From Candidatus Hecatella orcuttiae (lineage in GTDB: Archaea > Thermoproteota > Bathyarchaeia > Hecatellales > Hecatellaceae), in NCBI GenBank assembly GCA_002011035.2, contig MTLY02000002.1, forward strand, positions 128,001 through 192,000: a stretch of DNA of 64,000 nt. The letters run 5' to 3'. The notes beneath the pieces are model-generated. The model had not been told where the DNA came from and made no database searches. It saw only the letters and a list, made by a program, of their open reading frames with translations. How positions within the stretch are numbered: position 1 is the stretch's first letter; each line of letters starts with the position of its first letter. The position numbers were made by a program, and so were the translations under genes. Shown here in pieces: positions 48,676-58,849 of the stretch.

Positions 48676-48884
48676 GGATCTCTCTCCCGGGTTCCTCTCA
48701 TCTCCATACTTCATGAAGAAGCCTAAAAATTAAGTTTATGGAGCCGCCGATAGGGATAGGCTTTAGATGAGGAAAACATTTCCGGTGGAAGTGCCGCGAA
48801 CGAGAATGATTGGAGAGCGATTGTGGGTAAGGTTAATAGGATCATGAGAAGATTTATGATGAAACACACTGGAGTTGAGAGCTA

Positions 48885-50048
48885 TTGAAAGCTCAAGTCG
48901 CAATAGTAGGAGCCGGCATGACCCAGTTCGGTAAATTGAAGGGAGAGATGAGGGAAATCCACGCGGAAGCGGTTAGGCTTACCTTAGAGGATACAAGCAT
49001 ATCAGCCAAGGACATAGACGCCATGTACGTGGGAACATGGACCCCTGACTTGTTTCTAAACCAGCTTTTCCCCGCACCGATGCTGGCGGACTCCTTAGGG
49101 CTGAACAACATACCGGTGAGCCGAGTGGAGGATGCATGCGCAACCGGCAGCGTAGCTTTCCGGCAGGCTGCGATGGCAGTGATGTCCGGTCTCCACCGCC
49201 TAGTGCTGGTAACCGGGGTTGAAGTCATGACCCAGCGTCCCACCCGGGAATGCGTCAAAACAATAGCCTACGCCTCCGACCGCCTCTGGGAGCAGCCTTT
49301 CGGGATAACTTTCCCCAGCAGCTACGCCCTCCTAGCTTCTAGGCATATGCACAAGTACGGCACAACCCCCGAGCAGCTGGCCGCTGTGTCGGTTAAAAAC
49401 CATCGATACTCTGCGAAGAATCCCAAAGCCCAGTATGGAGAGGTTACCTTAGAGCAGGTTCTCAGCTCCAAGATGGTAAGCTGGCCCCTCCGCCTTCTGG
49501 ACTGCTGCCCCATCTCCGACGGCGCCGCCGCCTTGGTGATAGCTAGGGCTGAGGAAGCGAAAAAGTATACAGACACGCCGGTGTATGTGCTGGGGAGCGG
49601 CCAGGCGAGGGCTTCGCTTTCCCTCCATGACAGGCCCAGCCTTACGTCGATACCCAGCACCAAGCAGGCTGCCGAAACAGCCTACCGCATGGCCGGAGTG
49701 GAAGCCGGGGATGTGGATGTGGCGGAAGTTCACGACTGCTTCACCATAGCGGAAATTCTGGCTGTGGAAGATTTGGGGTTCTTCAAGAAGGGCGAAGGGG
49801 GAAAGGCTGTGGAAGAAGGCTCAACGGAGATAGGGGGGAAGATACCTGTCAACGTGAGCGGAGGCCTCCTGGGCAAGGGCCACCCCATCGGCGCCACGGG
49901 GGTCGCTCAGATGGTGGAAATATTCGAACAGTTGAGGGGGGAAAGCGGAAGCAGACAGGTCCCCGGCGCGGAGATAGGGCTGACCCACAACGTGGGAGGA
50001 ACAGGGGGGGTGGTGACGGTTCACATCTTCAGCGTCAAGGGAGGCTAG
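48885..50048 (+). CDS. Archaeal thiolase (acetyl-CoA acetyltransferase)
   Basis: EDACATG, EVHDCF, KGHPIGATG, HNVGG. Confidence 0.92.
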   Translation: MKAQVAIVGAGMTQFGKLKGEMREIHAEAVRLTLEDTSISAKDIDAMYVGTWTPDLFLNQLFPAPMLADSLGLNNIPVSRVEDACATGSVAFRQAAMAVMSGLHRLVLVTGVEVMTQRPTRECVKTIAYASDRLWEQPFGITFPSSYALLASRHMHKYGTTPEQLAAVSVKNHRYSAKNPKAQYGEVTLEQVLSSKMVSWPLRLLDCCPISDGAAALVIARAEEAKKYTDTPVYVLGSGQARASLSLHDRPSLTSIPSTKQAAETAYRMAGVEAGDVDVAEVHDCFTIAEILAVEDLGFFKKGEGGKAVEEGSTEIGGKIPVNVSGGLLGKGHPIGATGVAQMVEIFEQLRGESGSRQVPGAEIGLTHNVGGTGGVVTVHIFSVKGG

Positions 50049-50052
50049 AACC

Positions 50053-50460
50053 ATGGGGGCGGTATCAGAGTTTTGGGATAAGTTGAAAGGGGAGAAAAAA
50101 CTTTTCGCTTTGAAATGCAGATGCGGGGCCGTGGTGTTCCCTCCTCAGCCCTCCTGCCCCACCTGTAACGGGTGGGAGATGGAATGGGTTGAGCTCAGCG
50201 GTAGGGGCGAAATATATGCCTACACGGTTTCAAACATCGCCCCTCCCTCGTTCACAGGCAAGCTTCCCTTCTGCGTGTCCATCATCAAGCTGGAGGAAGG
50301 CCCTATGGTGATGTCCATCGTTGAAACGGACCGGCCTGAGATTGGGATGAAAGTCCAGATGGTTCTAGAAGAAAAGAGAAACCTTGACATACCCGACGAA
50401 AACTGGAGGGAAAGACCTCTCTACAAATTTAAGCCCATACCCGCAGGCGATTCAGCCTAA
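50053..50460 (+). CDS. DUF35 Zn-ribbon/OB-fold thiolase partner
   Basis: C.CG..FPP...CP.C and G.IY.YTV; directly after the thiolase. Confidence 0.9.
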   Translation: MGAVSEFWDKLKGEKKLFALKCRCGAVVFPPQPSCPTCNGWEMEWVELSGRGEIYAYTVSNIAPPSFTGKLPFCVSIIKLEEGPMVMSIVETDRPEIGMKVQMVLEEKRNLDIPDENWRERPLYKFKPIPAGDSA

Positions 50461-50514
50461 CCCTCGAATACCCTCTCTCCCCAAGGTTGGATTTCGCTGA
50501 AAAATTTAAGCTCC

Positions 50515-51369
50515 ATGCCATTGAAGAATTTAAATAGCCTTTTTTCTTTAATAACTTGTATGGGAGGAAATTTAAAGGAAGAACTGAGAAAAGAGGCTTT
50601 TAACCAAGAGTTCAGCTTCTTCGGTGTGCCGAAATTAGAGGAACTGGAGAAAGTGCCCTTCCCCCCTCACAGGGGGCTTTCGAAACCCTCCGAGGTTATG
50701 CCTGAAGTAAAGTCCGTCGCGGTACTCGGCTTCCATGCTTGGGATATAGCCATGAACACGGTGGTAGCTTCAGCCATACCACCGGATAAAATTCCCTTCG
50801 ACATCGTGGAGGGAGCCGTATATTACAACATGTACTACGAGATAGTGGAGGCCAGAGCGTGGAGGGTGTGCAAGTTTCTCTGGGACAGGGGATACAAGGC
50901 GATTCCCAGCCAGGGAATCCACCTCAAGGCCGCAGCCGCCCTGGCGGGTTTGGGCTTCATCGGTAAAATGACGCTGGTGCTAACCCCCCAATACGGGCCG
51001 CGGCAGCGCTGGGTGGGCATCCTCACGGACGCTGAGCTGGAGCCGGACGAGCCTTGGAGGTTCGTCCCCGGGGGAGAAGGCGACCTGTGCAAGGACTGCG
51101 AAATCTGCATAAAAACATGCCCGGTGCAGGCTATAATACCGGGGTATTCTCAGGGAGTCGAGCCGGGAAAGAAGGTGGACATGAACAGGTGCATCATCCC
51201 CCAAGAGCTGTTCGACAAACCTTCTCCCGAGGCCAAGGCTTACTTCAAGATACTGAGCCCTCGAGGCCTCTTCGAGTGCACCATATGCCACGACTCCTGC
51301 CCTGTGGGGAGGGAGAACAGCATGAAAAAGGCCGCTGAATGGAGGCCGACGCCCTTCACCGAAACCTAA
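50515..51369 (+). CDS. QueG/reductive-dehalogenase-like cobalamin-Fe-S protein
   Basis: KAAAALAGLGFIGK..LV.TP.YGPRQR, CKDCEICIKTCP, C...CTICHDSCP; start probably at the ATG near 50560. Confidence 0.8.
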   Translation: MPLKNLNSLFSLITCMGGNLKEELRKEAFNQEFSFFGVPKLEELEKVPFPPHRGLSKPSEVMPEVKSVAVLGFHAWDIAMNTVVASAIPPDKIPFDIVEGAVYYNMYYEIVEARAWRVCKFLWDRGYKAIPSQGIHLKAAAALAGLGFIGKMTLVLTPQYGPRQRWVGILTDAELEPDEPWRFVPGGEGDLCKDCEICIKTCPVQAIIPGYSQGVEPGKKVDMNRCIIPQELFDKPSPEAKAYFKILSPRGLFECTICHDSCPVGRENSMKKAAEWRPTPFTET

Positions 51370-51439
51370 GGAAGTCCCAGCGTTTTCAGAAATGAAACCT
51401 ACCTGAACTTCCGCGGAAAAGCGAGCATCTTCAGAAGGA

Positions 51440-51517
<78 letters not shown>

Positions 51518-51814
51518 CTTTACGAGTCTTGTAGAAGAGAACTCTAAATTAAGCTTTCATGAAACCCCGAAAAACAGTATGCAAAAGTAGGAGGATAGCA
51601 CACTAGGCATATTGAAGCGGTGCATCCTCTTCCTCAAAAAACCGCACTATATGCCACATTTGCTACAGCTTTTCAAGCTGCCCCAGCTGAGATTTTAAGC
51701 CGCCCCTTCCCCGGTGCAGCGTCAACGCTCTTTTAAGGCATGTTTCGCTGTGAAAACCGGGGGCTTTTGCCCCTTTTTGCCTTTTGCAGAGGTTTCCTGA
51801 AAATAGAGGGGAAG

Positions 51815-52354
51815 TTAGGGTTTTTGGATGTAGCCTATGATGTAGCCTATTCCACCCAGCAGGACGCCTAGCCCGCCTAGGATGATGAAGTATCCTATGG
51901 GTTCAACGTATCCGCCGATGAGTTGATGAACCTCCCCGGGGCTTAATCCCCCGCCGCCTACCGCCGTGGGCAGCAAAGCCGTTCCACCTATGTAGCCTGC
52001 CACCATGAGCAGCCATGTAGCTCCCGCGGCTCCCACGTTCATGAGGATGAAGTGCAACCAAGCTAGAACGTTCCTGAAACCTGAATAGGTCCTCCGCAGG
52101 TGAACTTCGAGATGCTGGTAGAAAAGGGCGGTTACAGCCACAGCGATGACTCCGACTATGATATAGGAAATGTAGCCGACGAAAAACCATGTTCCCGCGC
52201 TGCCTGAAGCTATCACCCTCGAGGGGCTGGGAGTCAGAAAAGGCAACACGATCAACATGGTAATGACAAAGGCGATGCCGCCTTGAATTATCGCCGCCCA
52301 AATAAACCTGTTCGCCCATTTGCTGGTTAATATCGTTTCCACCATAGTTTTCAC
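51815..52354 (-). CDS. Four-TM membrane protein of unknown function
   Basis: Hydrophobic helices with LAWLHFILMNVG; own AT-rich promoter. Confidence 0.7.
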   Translation of the reverse strand: MKTMVETILTSKWANRFIWAAIIQGGIAFVITMLIVLPFLTPSPSRVIASGSAGTWFFVGYISYIIVGVIAVAVTALFYQHLEVHLRRTYSGFRNVLAWLHFILMNVGAAGATWLLMVAGYIGGTALLPTAVGGGGLSPGEVHQLIGGYVEPIGYFIILGGLGVLLGGIGYIIGYIQKP

Positions 52355-52433
52355 CGTTTATCTATAAGGGAAAAGTTATATATAAATTTATCATTAATAT
52401 TATATTAATTATATTGAAATCTAAAAATAAATA

Positions 52434-53477
52434 TTATTTATACCAATCCAAGCTTCCAACCACAAACTTGATCAAACCCTGAAGAGAAGCCTTCGCCTCC
52501 TCACTCATCGCCGTTGCGCGAATCAACCTGACAGCCTCTCGAGCATAACTTCTCGCCGTCTGCTTAGCCTTGTCAAGGGCGCCGCTTCTTCGGATTATTT
52601 CTTTTATGCGCATCACATCCCCTTGGTCTAAACTCCCCCCTCGAAGTAAGCTCTTTAAAAGACTTAGCCGCCGGCCTCGGAGCATCTGGTAGGCGTAAAC
52701 CATGTGCAGCGGCTTCTTTCGAAGCATGATATCTCCTCCGGTAGGACGTCCATACTGGTCTTCCGTGGCGAAGGTGCCTATAATGTCGTCTTGGATGTCG
52801 AAGGAGTAGCCCATGCAGGTGCCCGCCTGCTCTAGGATTCGAAGGTCGGAGGACGGGGCGCCGCCTAGGATAGCACCTATGCCCAGAGTCGCTCTGAAAA
52901 GGGAAGCCGCCCTCTTTGAAGCCATGACCTTCCATTCCTCTACATCAGGCTCCTTGTGCTCAAAGAGGAGATCCAGTATCTGGCTTTCGTTCACCGCGCA
53001 GTAATCTTTGATGAGGAGTTTAACTGCTTCTTGGAGAGTCCTCCTATCGAAGCCTGCGTTGAGCAGGGTTGTCAAAGCTAAGGCTAGGAGGATGTTTCCG
53101 GTGAAAACAGCTAAACCCTCTCCAAACCTGTCATTGAACTCTGCAAAAAGCTTGTGGAAAGATTTTCCACCCCTCCTCATCTCATCGCGGTCGATAAGGT
53201 CGTCGTGGACGAGGATGGAATGTCTGTAAAACTCCACAGCCACGCAGACTGTGAGGATTTCCTCGTTCACCATACCCTTGTAGCCTTTGTAGGTCAAGAG
53301 GGTGCTGTAGGAGGCTATTCTTTTCCCCTTCCGGAGGAGAAACTCCGCTGCGTGGGCGTAGACCCTTCCTATGAAGGAATGGTATTTCTCAGCATCCCAA
53401 ACCAATTCCCTGAAACAGGCTTCCAGCCGGCTGTCTACGAGGTTCCCGTAGTTGGAAAGCGCCTCCTCAAACCTCAT
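52434..53477 (-). CDS. Polyprenyl diphosphate synthase (GGPP synthase-like)
   Basis: GKR, HDDLIDRDEMRRG (FARM), QILDL, QDDII (SARM). Confidence 0.92.
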   Translation of the reverse strand: MRFEEALSNYGNLVDSRLEACFRELVWDAEKYHSFIGRVYAHAAEFLLRKGKRIASYSTLLTYKGYKGMVNEEILTVCVAVEFYRHSILVHDDLIDRDEMRRGGKSFHKLFAEFNDRFGEGLAVFTGNILLALALTTLLNAGFDRRTLQEAVKLLIKDYCAVNESQILDLLFEHKEPDVEEWKVMASKRAASLFRATLGIGAILGGAPSSDLRILEQAGTCMGYSFDIQDDIIGTFATEDQYGRPTGGDIMLRKKPLHMVYAYQMLRGRRLSLLKSLLRGGSLDQGDVMRIKEIIRRSGALDKAKQTARSYAREAVRLIRATAMSEEAKASLQGLIKFVVGSLDWYK

Positions 53478-53683
53478 ACTCTTCCACCATCCAAGCCCTT
53501 TTAGGGGTTGCTTTTCCCTTTACCTTTAAAGTTGATATATCTTCAACTCTTAGGGTTTCAAAAATTGATAGGGGGCTGAAAACTGAAGGCAATGGTTCAG
53601 GTCAACCGGGTTATTAGGTTCATTCTTCCCCTATAATTTTTATCTATCAGGTCGGTAACAGTATTTAACAGGAGACCCCTCCT

Positions 53684-54904
53684 TTGAGCGGAAAATCTTT
53701 TGTGGAGAAAGAGCTCTCCGCCCCCTCCGTCTTCAAGGATGAAAGTAAACTCTCCCCCGACTACGTTCCCCCAAGCCTTCTCCATAGGGAGGAGGAGCTC
53801 AGAATTTTGGCGAGGACTTTCCGCTCACTGGCAGAAGCTCCGGGAGAAGCCTCCTACCGCCTAATCCTCCGCGGCCCAATTGGCAGCGGTAAAACCGCCT
53901 TAGCTAAACGTTTTGGAAGCGACTTCGAAGCCTATGTTAGGAAGAAGAAAATTAACTTCAAATACGTCCATGTGAACTGCAGGGAAGAGGGCAGCTTCTA
54001 CGGCGTCCTGAAAAACATCATCCGGAGAAATTTTGAAAGAGGCTTTCCAAGCCGAGGCTATTCTTCCCAAGAACTCCTCAGTATCTTCATTGAAATTTTG
54101 GACAAAAACAACCTCCACGTTCTCTTAGCCTTAGACGAGCTGGAAGCCCTCATCAGGAAGGAGGGGGGAGACCCCCTTTTCAGCCTAACCCGCCTCTATG
54201 AAGGCAGGCCTCCCGGCTCCCCCCAGAGGCTTTCCCTCATCTGCATTTTCCGGGAGCCAGAATGCGAAGAAGCCTTCAAACTGTTGGACGCCAGCACCCT
54301 CAGCACGCTGGGCCACAACACCGTGAAACTGGAGGGGTATACCTCCGGCCAGTTGAAGGAGATCCTAGAATACCGAGTCCACGAAGCCTTTCAAGAAAAC
54401 GCTGTAGAGCCGGAAGCCTTGGAGTTGGCTGCGGACCTAGCGGGAGAAACAGGGGACGCCCGGTTTGCCATTGAACTTCTCTGGCTGGGCGGTAAATTTG
54501 CCGATACAGCCAGATCTCCCAGACTGCTTCCCGAACACATCAGGGCGGCCCAAATGAACATTCATCCCTCCCTTCGAAGGGAGGACCTCAAACTGCTGAG
54601 CCTCCATGAAAAACTGCTTTTGCTGGCTGTGGCAAGAGCCCTCAGACTCAGCCAAACAGCCTACTTGCCCATAGGCGATGTGGAAAAAGAATACAGTGCA
54701 GTGTGCGAGGAATACAGAGAAAAGCCTCGGGCTCACACTCAGACTTGGAAATACGTGAAGACCCTGGGCATGTCAGGGATGATGTCCACCAAAATTTCCG
54801 GAAAAGGCCAGCGGGGGAAAACAACTCTCCTCGGCCTCTACGTTTCCTCAGAAAGACTGGAAGAGGAACTTCGCAGAATGCTGGAGTCCAAGAAACATGG
54901 GTGA
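53684..54904 (+). CDS. cdc6: Orc1/Cdc6 replication initiator
   Basis: L.PDYVP..L.HRE, GPIGSGKT Walker A, LDE Walker B, GDAR.AI sensor, C-terminal wHTH. Confidence 0.94.
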   Translation: MSGKSFVEKELSAPSVFKDESKLSPDYVPPSLLHREEELRILARTFRSLAEAPGEASYRLILRGPIGSGKTALAKRFGSDFEAYVRKKKINFKYVHVNCREEGSFYGVLKNIIRRNFERGFPSRGYSSQELLSIFIEILDKNNLHVLLALDELEALIRKEGGDPLFSLTRLYEGRPPGSPQRLSLICIFREPECEEAFKLLDASTLSTLGHNTVKLEGYTSGQLKEILEYRVHEAFQENAVEPEALELAADLAGETGDARFAIELLWLGGKFADTARSPRLLPEHIRAAQMNIHPSLRREDLKLLSLHEKLLLLAVARALRLSQTAYLPIGDVEKEYSAVCEEYREKPRAHTQTWKYVKTLGMSGMMSTKISGKGQRGKTTLLGLYVSSERLEEELRRMLESKKHG

Positions 54905-54910
54905 ATTTTT

Positions 54911-55186
54911 CTGCTGGAAAACATCTTAGCTTCCAAGGGAAGACTGAAGATACTGAGGCTACTCCTCCAGTTTAAGGAGATGAACATATCGGAGATCGCC
55001 AGAAGAACAGGGCTCTCCTACACCTCAACCAGACGCCACCTACAAATGTTAGAGCAGTCAAGGCTTGTTGAGGAAAAAAACTATGGGCGGATAAGAATTT
55101 TCAGCGTGAGAGAAGGAGACGAGAAATGCCAAGCGGTGGCAAGACTTTTCGAAGCCTGGCCTCCTGACAAGCCTAGGAGAAAATGA
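54911..55186 (+). CDS. Small winged-helix (ArsR-like) DNA-binding protein
   Basis: SKGRLKILRLL..KEMNISEIARRTGL.Y..TRRHL..LE; helix 1 lies upstream of the ORF-track ATG at 54980. Confidence 0.8.
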   Translation: MLENILASKGRLKILRLLLQFKEMNISEIARRTGLSYTSTRRHLQMLEQSRLVEEKNYGRIRIFSVREGDEKCQAVARLFEAWPPDKPRRK

Positions 55187-55189
55187 AGC

Positions 55190-56014
55190 CTAACTTCCAA
55201 ATCTTCTCTGACGGTTCTGATAGACGCTTATAGCCCTGTAAAGGTCGAGTTTTCTGAAATTAGGCCAGTAGACGTCGAGGAAGCAAAGCTCACTGTAGGC
55301 GCCTTGCCAAAGGAGAAAATTGCTCAACCTTTCCTCTCCCGAGGTGCGGATGATGAGGTCCGGATGGGGGTTGGGGAGAAAATGGGTGTAGAGGTTTTTT
55401 TCAAAAATCTCCTCAGTAAGGTCGCTGGGAGAGAGAACACCCTCCTTCACATCGAGGGCTATCCTTTTCACAGCGTCAAGGATTTCCATTCTTCCACCGT
55501 AGGCTATGGCTAGGTTGAGATAGTATCTATCATAGTCTTCAGTCGCCTTTTCAAGCCTTCCAATGCTCTCTTGAATTTTCGGCGGAAGCATCTCTCTTCT
55601 CCCAAGAACCTTCACCCTAACCTCGTTTTCATGTATACGATCATCTCGGGCGAGACGATTCAGATAGTCGTTTATCAAGCCCATAAGCTCCTCCACCTCC
55701 TGCCTAGGCCGACGGAAGTTTTCTGTGGAAAAAATGAAGAGGGTTGTAGTTTTGATCTTGCCGGTTTCCCAGCACCACTCCACGAAGTTTTCAGCCTTCT
55801 TCGCTCCTTCTAGGTGGCCGTTGAGAGGCCACATCCTCCTGCTTTGAGCCCATCTCCTGTTACCGTCTAGGATCACAGCCACATGCTCAGGGAACTTTCC
55901 GTTTTTTAGTTTATTCCACAAAAACCATTCGTAGATCTCCACGGTGAAACGGTTTGTTACTACTCCCCAAAACAATTTTTGAAAGACGTAGATTATTTTT
56001 TCTTTCAGAGACAT
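55190..56014 (-). CDS. uppS: cis-prenyltransferase (undecaprenyl diphosphate synthase family)
   Basis: HVAVILDGNRRWA, FSTENF.R, YGGR.EI, IRTSGEERLSNFLLWQ. Confidence 0.95.
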   Translation of the reverse strand: MSLKEKIIYVFQKLFWGVVTNRFTVEIYEWFLWNKLKNGKFPEHVAVILDGNRRWAQSRRMWPLNGHLEGAKKAENFVEWCWETGKIKTTTLFIFSTENFRRPRQEVEELMGLINDYLNRLARDDRIHENEVRVKVLGRREMLPPKIQESIGRLEKATEDYDRYYLNLAIAYGGRMEILDAVKRIALDVKEGVLSPSDLTEEIFEKNLYTHFLPNPHPDLIIRTSGEERLSNFLLWQGAYSELCFLDVYWPNFRKLDLYRAISVYQNRQRRFGS

Positions 56015-56135
56015 AGCCAGCGCCCTTGAAAAGAAAGACCTAGAATTAAAAGATAGGTCGATCCTTTAATTCTTTTACTCTCTTTTTGGAAGTTCTCATC
56101 CCCGAAACTAACCATTTGGGAAGAGCTGAGTTAGC

Positions 56136-57014
56136 CTAGGGAGAAGCGTCCTTCTGGTTCAGATTTCCTTTCGACAAGAGAATTTGGAACTCTTCGAAGG
56201 TGATTTTTTCTCCTCGCTTCAGCTTTTCCTCTGCCAGCCGCCCTTTATCCTCCCTTGCTTCTAAAGCCTTTTTCAGCCTCTGAGCTGAATAGTTCTCGTT
56301 AAGCCGCCTCAGATTGTTTTCCAACTCTTTCCTCTTAGCCAAGACTTCAAGAAGCCTACCGTGGAGTTCGTCTGCTTTCCCTTTGGCTTCTAAGAATTTC
56401 TGCTGCGCCTCCGACGCCTTCTCCACGAGTTCATCGACAGCCTTGAGGGCTTTCATCATTTTCTCATGGTGAACTTGGCTTTCTCTTGCTTTTTCGACGA
56501 GTTCAGTTCTAATCCGTTTACCTTCACATTTCAGGTCTTCGGCTTTCCTCAATATTTCTTTAAGCCTTTTGACCTTTTCTCCCCTTCGATTATGGACGGC
56601 GATCTGAGCTTCTAGCTCCCTGATTTTCTCCACCAGCATCTTTTCTTCTTCATGGCTGAAGGGAGTTGTTTGAATTTTCCATTCCAAATCCTCGAAAACT
56701 TTTCTGGCCTTCCTCTCCGAAGTGGGAACCGTTAACCTAAGCTTCTCAGCTTCTTGTTTGATTTCTGCATAAAGCTTCCACTCTTTCGCAGCTTCAGCCC
56801 TCAAGCCTTCAAGTTTCTGCTTCAGCTCTTTTACCAACCTGTTAACTTCATCCCTGCAGCCTCTATGACTTTGGGCTTCCCGCCTTAACTCTCCTATCTG
56901 CCGCAGAAGCTCTCTCTTCTTCTCCAGCCAACGTTTAGCCTTTTGGTTGAGAGAATCTCTTTCCTCCCGCAGAGAGTTTATCTCTGAAGTGAGTGTGCTG
57001 ATTTCTTCAACCAA
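56136..57014 (-). CDS. Archaeal coiled-coil protein (COG1340-like)
   Basis: Heptad-rich, LEWKIQT..EE..LV, KLKRGEKITFEEF tail. Confidence 0.82.
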   Translation of the reverse strand: MVEEISTLTSEINSLREERDSLNQKAKRWLEKKRELLRQIGELRREAQSHRGCRDEVNRLVKELKQKLEGLRAEAAKEWKLYAEIKQEAEKLRLTVPTSERKARKVFEDLEWKIQTTPFSHEEEKMLVEKIRELEAQIAVHNRRGEKVKRLKEILRKAEDLKCEGKRIRTELVEKARESQVHHEKMMKALKAVDELVEKASEAQQKFLEAKGKADELHGRLLEVLAKRKELENNLRRLNENYSAQRLKKALEAREDKGRLAEEKLKRGEKITFEEFQILLSKGNLNQKDASP

Positions 57015-57114
57015 ACTTTCAGTATCCGAAGCTGAGGCCTCCGTTAGGCTGTTTAACCACCGACGCCTTCCAGCCTTAAAACCCTATGTCCAAATTTTTC
57101 TGATAAAGGTTTCT

Positions 57115-57912
57115 TTATTCTTTTTCACCGCGGGTTAGGGTTCTTTCTATCGCCGCGACTAGGTTGACGAAATTGGTGAAGTATCGAGCTGAGGAGGCTA
57201 TCATGGAAAAGTCAAATCGAAGACGGGAGATGGCGGCTAGAAGGTCTCGGGCCAGAAGAGGAACGCTGCCGCCGGCCTGCGATAAAAGAGTGGCCTCCAG
57301 CATACCTGGAACTGTTGACCACTGGAGAATGGTCTTGATTGTCTGCTCGGAGAGGAGGTCCATCTTGGTGAGGACGTTTACTTGGGGAAGTGTGAACCTC
57401 AGATGCACGGCGACGGAGAGGAAGAGGTTTGAAACATAGTTGAAGGGGTCTGAGCAGAAGGGAGCGTCGAACAGGTACAGTACCATTTTCTGGTCGAGGC
57501 TTAGTTCCCTCGCCAAGTAGGGGCCGCTGACCCTGAAGGCGAACAGCTCCATCTGGCCGGGGGTGTCGATGATGGCGTATTCAGGGTTTAAGGCTGCTAT
57601 TTCCTCACTTAGCCTAGGAGCCTGATCCGCCAAGAGGTCTGCGGCCATTATCAGAGCTCCGTTGGGTCCGAGGCCGTATTTCTCCATAAGCTCCTGGAGG
57701 GATATGTACTTTCTAACATCCACTTGAGGGAAATAAGGCAGTCGGAGGGCTCCGGGATCTAGGTTGACGATGACCACTGATTTACTTTCTCTGCCAAGCC
57801 ACTCTGCCAGGGAGGAGGCGAGAAGGGACTTACCGCACCCCGCAGTGCCTAAGATGAAAATCCCATACACATCCACTACCCTCCACTTGTGAAGGCTGAG
57901 GAAACACGGCAC
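57115..57912 (-). CDS. GPN-loop GTPase
   Basis: GTAGCGKS, NLDPG, GLGPNGA, DTPGQMELF, TKMDL. Confidence 0.93.
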   Translation of the reverse strand: MPCFLSLHKWRVVDVYGIFILGTAGCGKSLLASSLAEWLGRESKSVVIVNLDPGALRLPYFPQVDVRKYISLQELMEKYGLGPNGALIMAADLLADQAPRLSEEIAALNPEYAIIDTPGQMELFAFRVSGPYLARELSLDQKMVLYLFDAPFCSDPFNYVSNLFLSVAVHLRFTLPQVNVLTKMDLLSEQTIKTILQWSTVPGMLEATLLSQAGGSVPLLARDLLAAISRLRFDFSMIASSARYFTNFVNLVAAIERTLTRGEKE

Positions 57913-57982
57913 AGGAAAGCTGCTGAGACTTCGAAAGGGCAGCCATGAAAACTACATTTCAGAGGAGACCATTCGTATCTCC

Positions 57983-58798
57983 TCAGCCTTCACTACGCTG
58001 GATCTCGCCGCCTGATTTTTTAACCAACTCCGTAACCATCTCTTCAGCCTTGCGAATACGCTCCAAGGCTTCGCCGCCGGTTTTGGCGGAAGTTGAGAAG
58101 TGAAGTTCAATGTGGTAATGCCCCTCCTCCCCATAGGGATGAGATTTAATGTAAACTTGCGGGTAAACTCGCATGACTTCGTCTATGATGGGGGAAAGCT
58201 CAGGCTCCAGCACTTTCTTAACTATGAGGCTTTCCTCCCTAAACTGGACTTGAGCTTTTTCTGTGATCAATCCAGCTACAGCCTCGTCGAAGATGGCCTT
58301 CATTTCGCTGGGCACACCCGGCAGGCAGAGAATGAGAGTGTTTTCCTCCCTGAGCATCACGCCGGGAGCCGTGCCTACGGGGTTGGACAGAGGCTCTGCT
58401 CCTTGAGGCAGCCGTGCCATCTTCTCTCTTTCTGATGTCAACTCCCTTTGGAGGGTTAGGCCTTTTTCCAGCAGTTCACGATGCTTTTCTCTGACCATTT
58501 CCAAGGCTTGGGAATTCACCTTCAAAGGCCGGGACAGAGCCTCAGCTACGCCTTGGAGGGTTTTGTCGTCGTGGGTAGGCCCTAAGCCGCCTACCATCAT
58601 CAGCAGCCACGGCTTTCTTCGCAAAGCCTCTCTGATGGAGGAGGCTATTTCTTCCACGTCGTCGGGGACGGTGGTTATCCTACGGAGGCTTCCGCCTAGG
58701 GCGGTTACCCGCTTGGCAATCCAGTGAGCGTTGGTGTTTAGAGTCTTTCCGATGAGTAATTCATTACCTACGGTGATCAGCTCAACAGCAGCCTGCAC
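57983..58798 (-). CDS. CinA-like molybdopterin-binding-domain protein
   Basis: VGNELLIG...NTN, GGLGPTHDDKT, NPVGTAPG, LPGVPSEM, YIKSHP. Confidence 0.9.
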   Translation of the reverse strand: MQAAVELITVGNELLIGKTLNTNAHWIAKRVTALGGSLRRITTVPDDVEEIASSIREALRRKPWLLMMVGGLGPTHDDKTLQGVAEALSRPLKVNSQALEMVREKHRELLEKGLTLQRELTSEREKMARLPQGAEPLSNPVGTAPGVMLREENTLILCLPGVPSEMKAIFDEAVAGLITEKAQVQFREESLIVKKVLEPELSPIIDEVMRVYPQVYIKSHPYGEEGHYHIELHFSTSAKTGGEALERIRKAEEMVTELVKKSGGEIQRSEG

Positions 58799-58849
58799 TT
58801 AAACCGCCTCATTCCGTTTTTCCAGTGGAGGATGGCCCTCTATCCGAGG

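Noticed and set aside
48514-48714. tyrS split as a simple sequencing frameshift or programmed ribosomal frameshift
   Set aside because: The break is a structured 29-nt insertion rather than a 1-nt indel, and there is no slippery run. Translating through it would put about 10 residues into the HIGH region.
53478-53683. Replication origin next to orc1/cdc6
   Set aside because: No repeated ORB-like (TCCA.TGGAAAC...GGGG) elements are visible. Isolated partial matches near 48780 and 58820 are single and distant.
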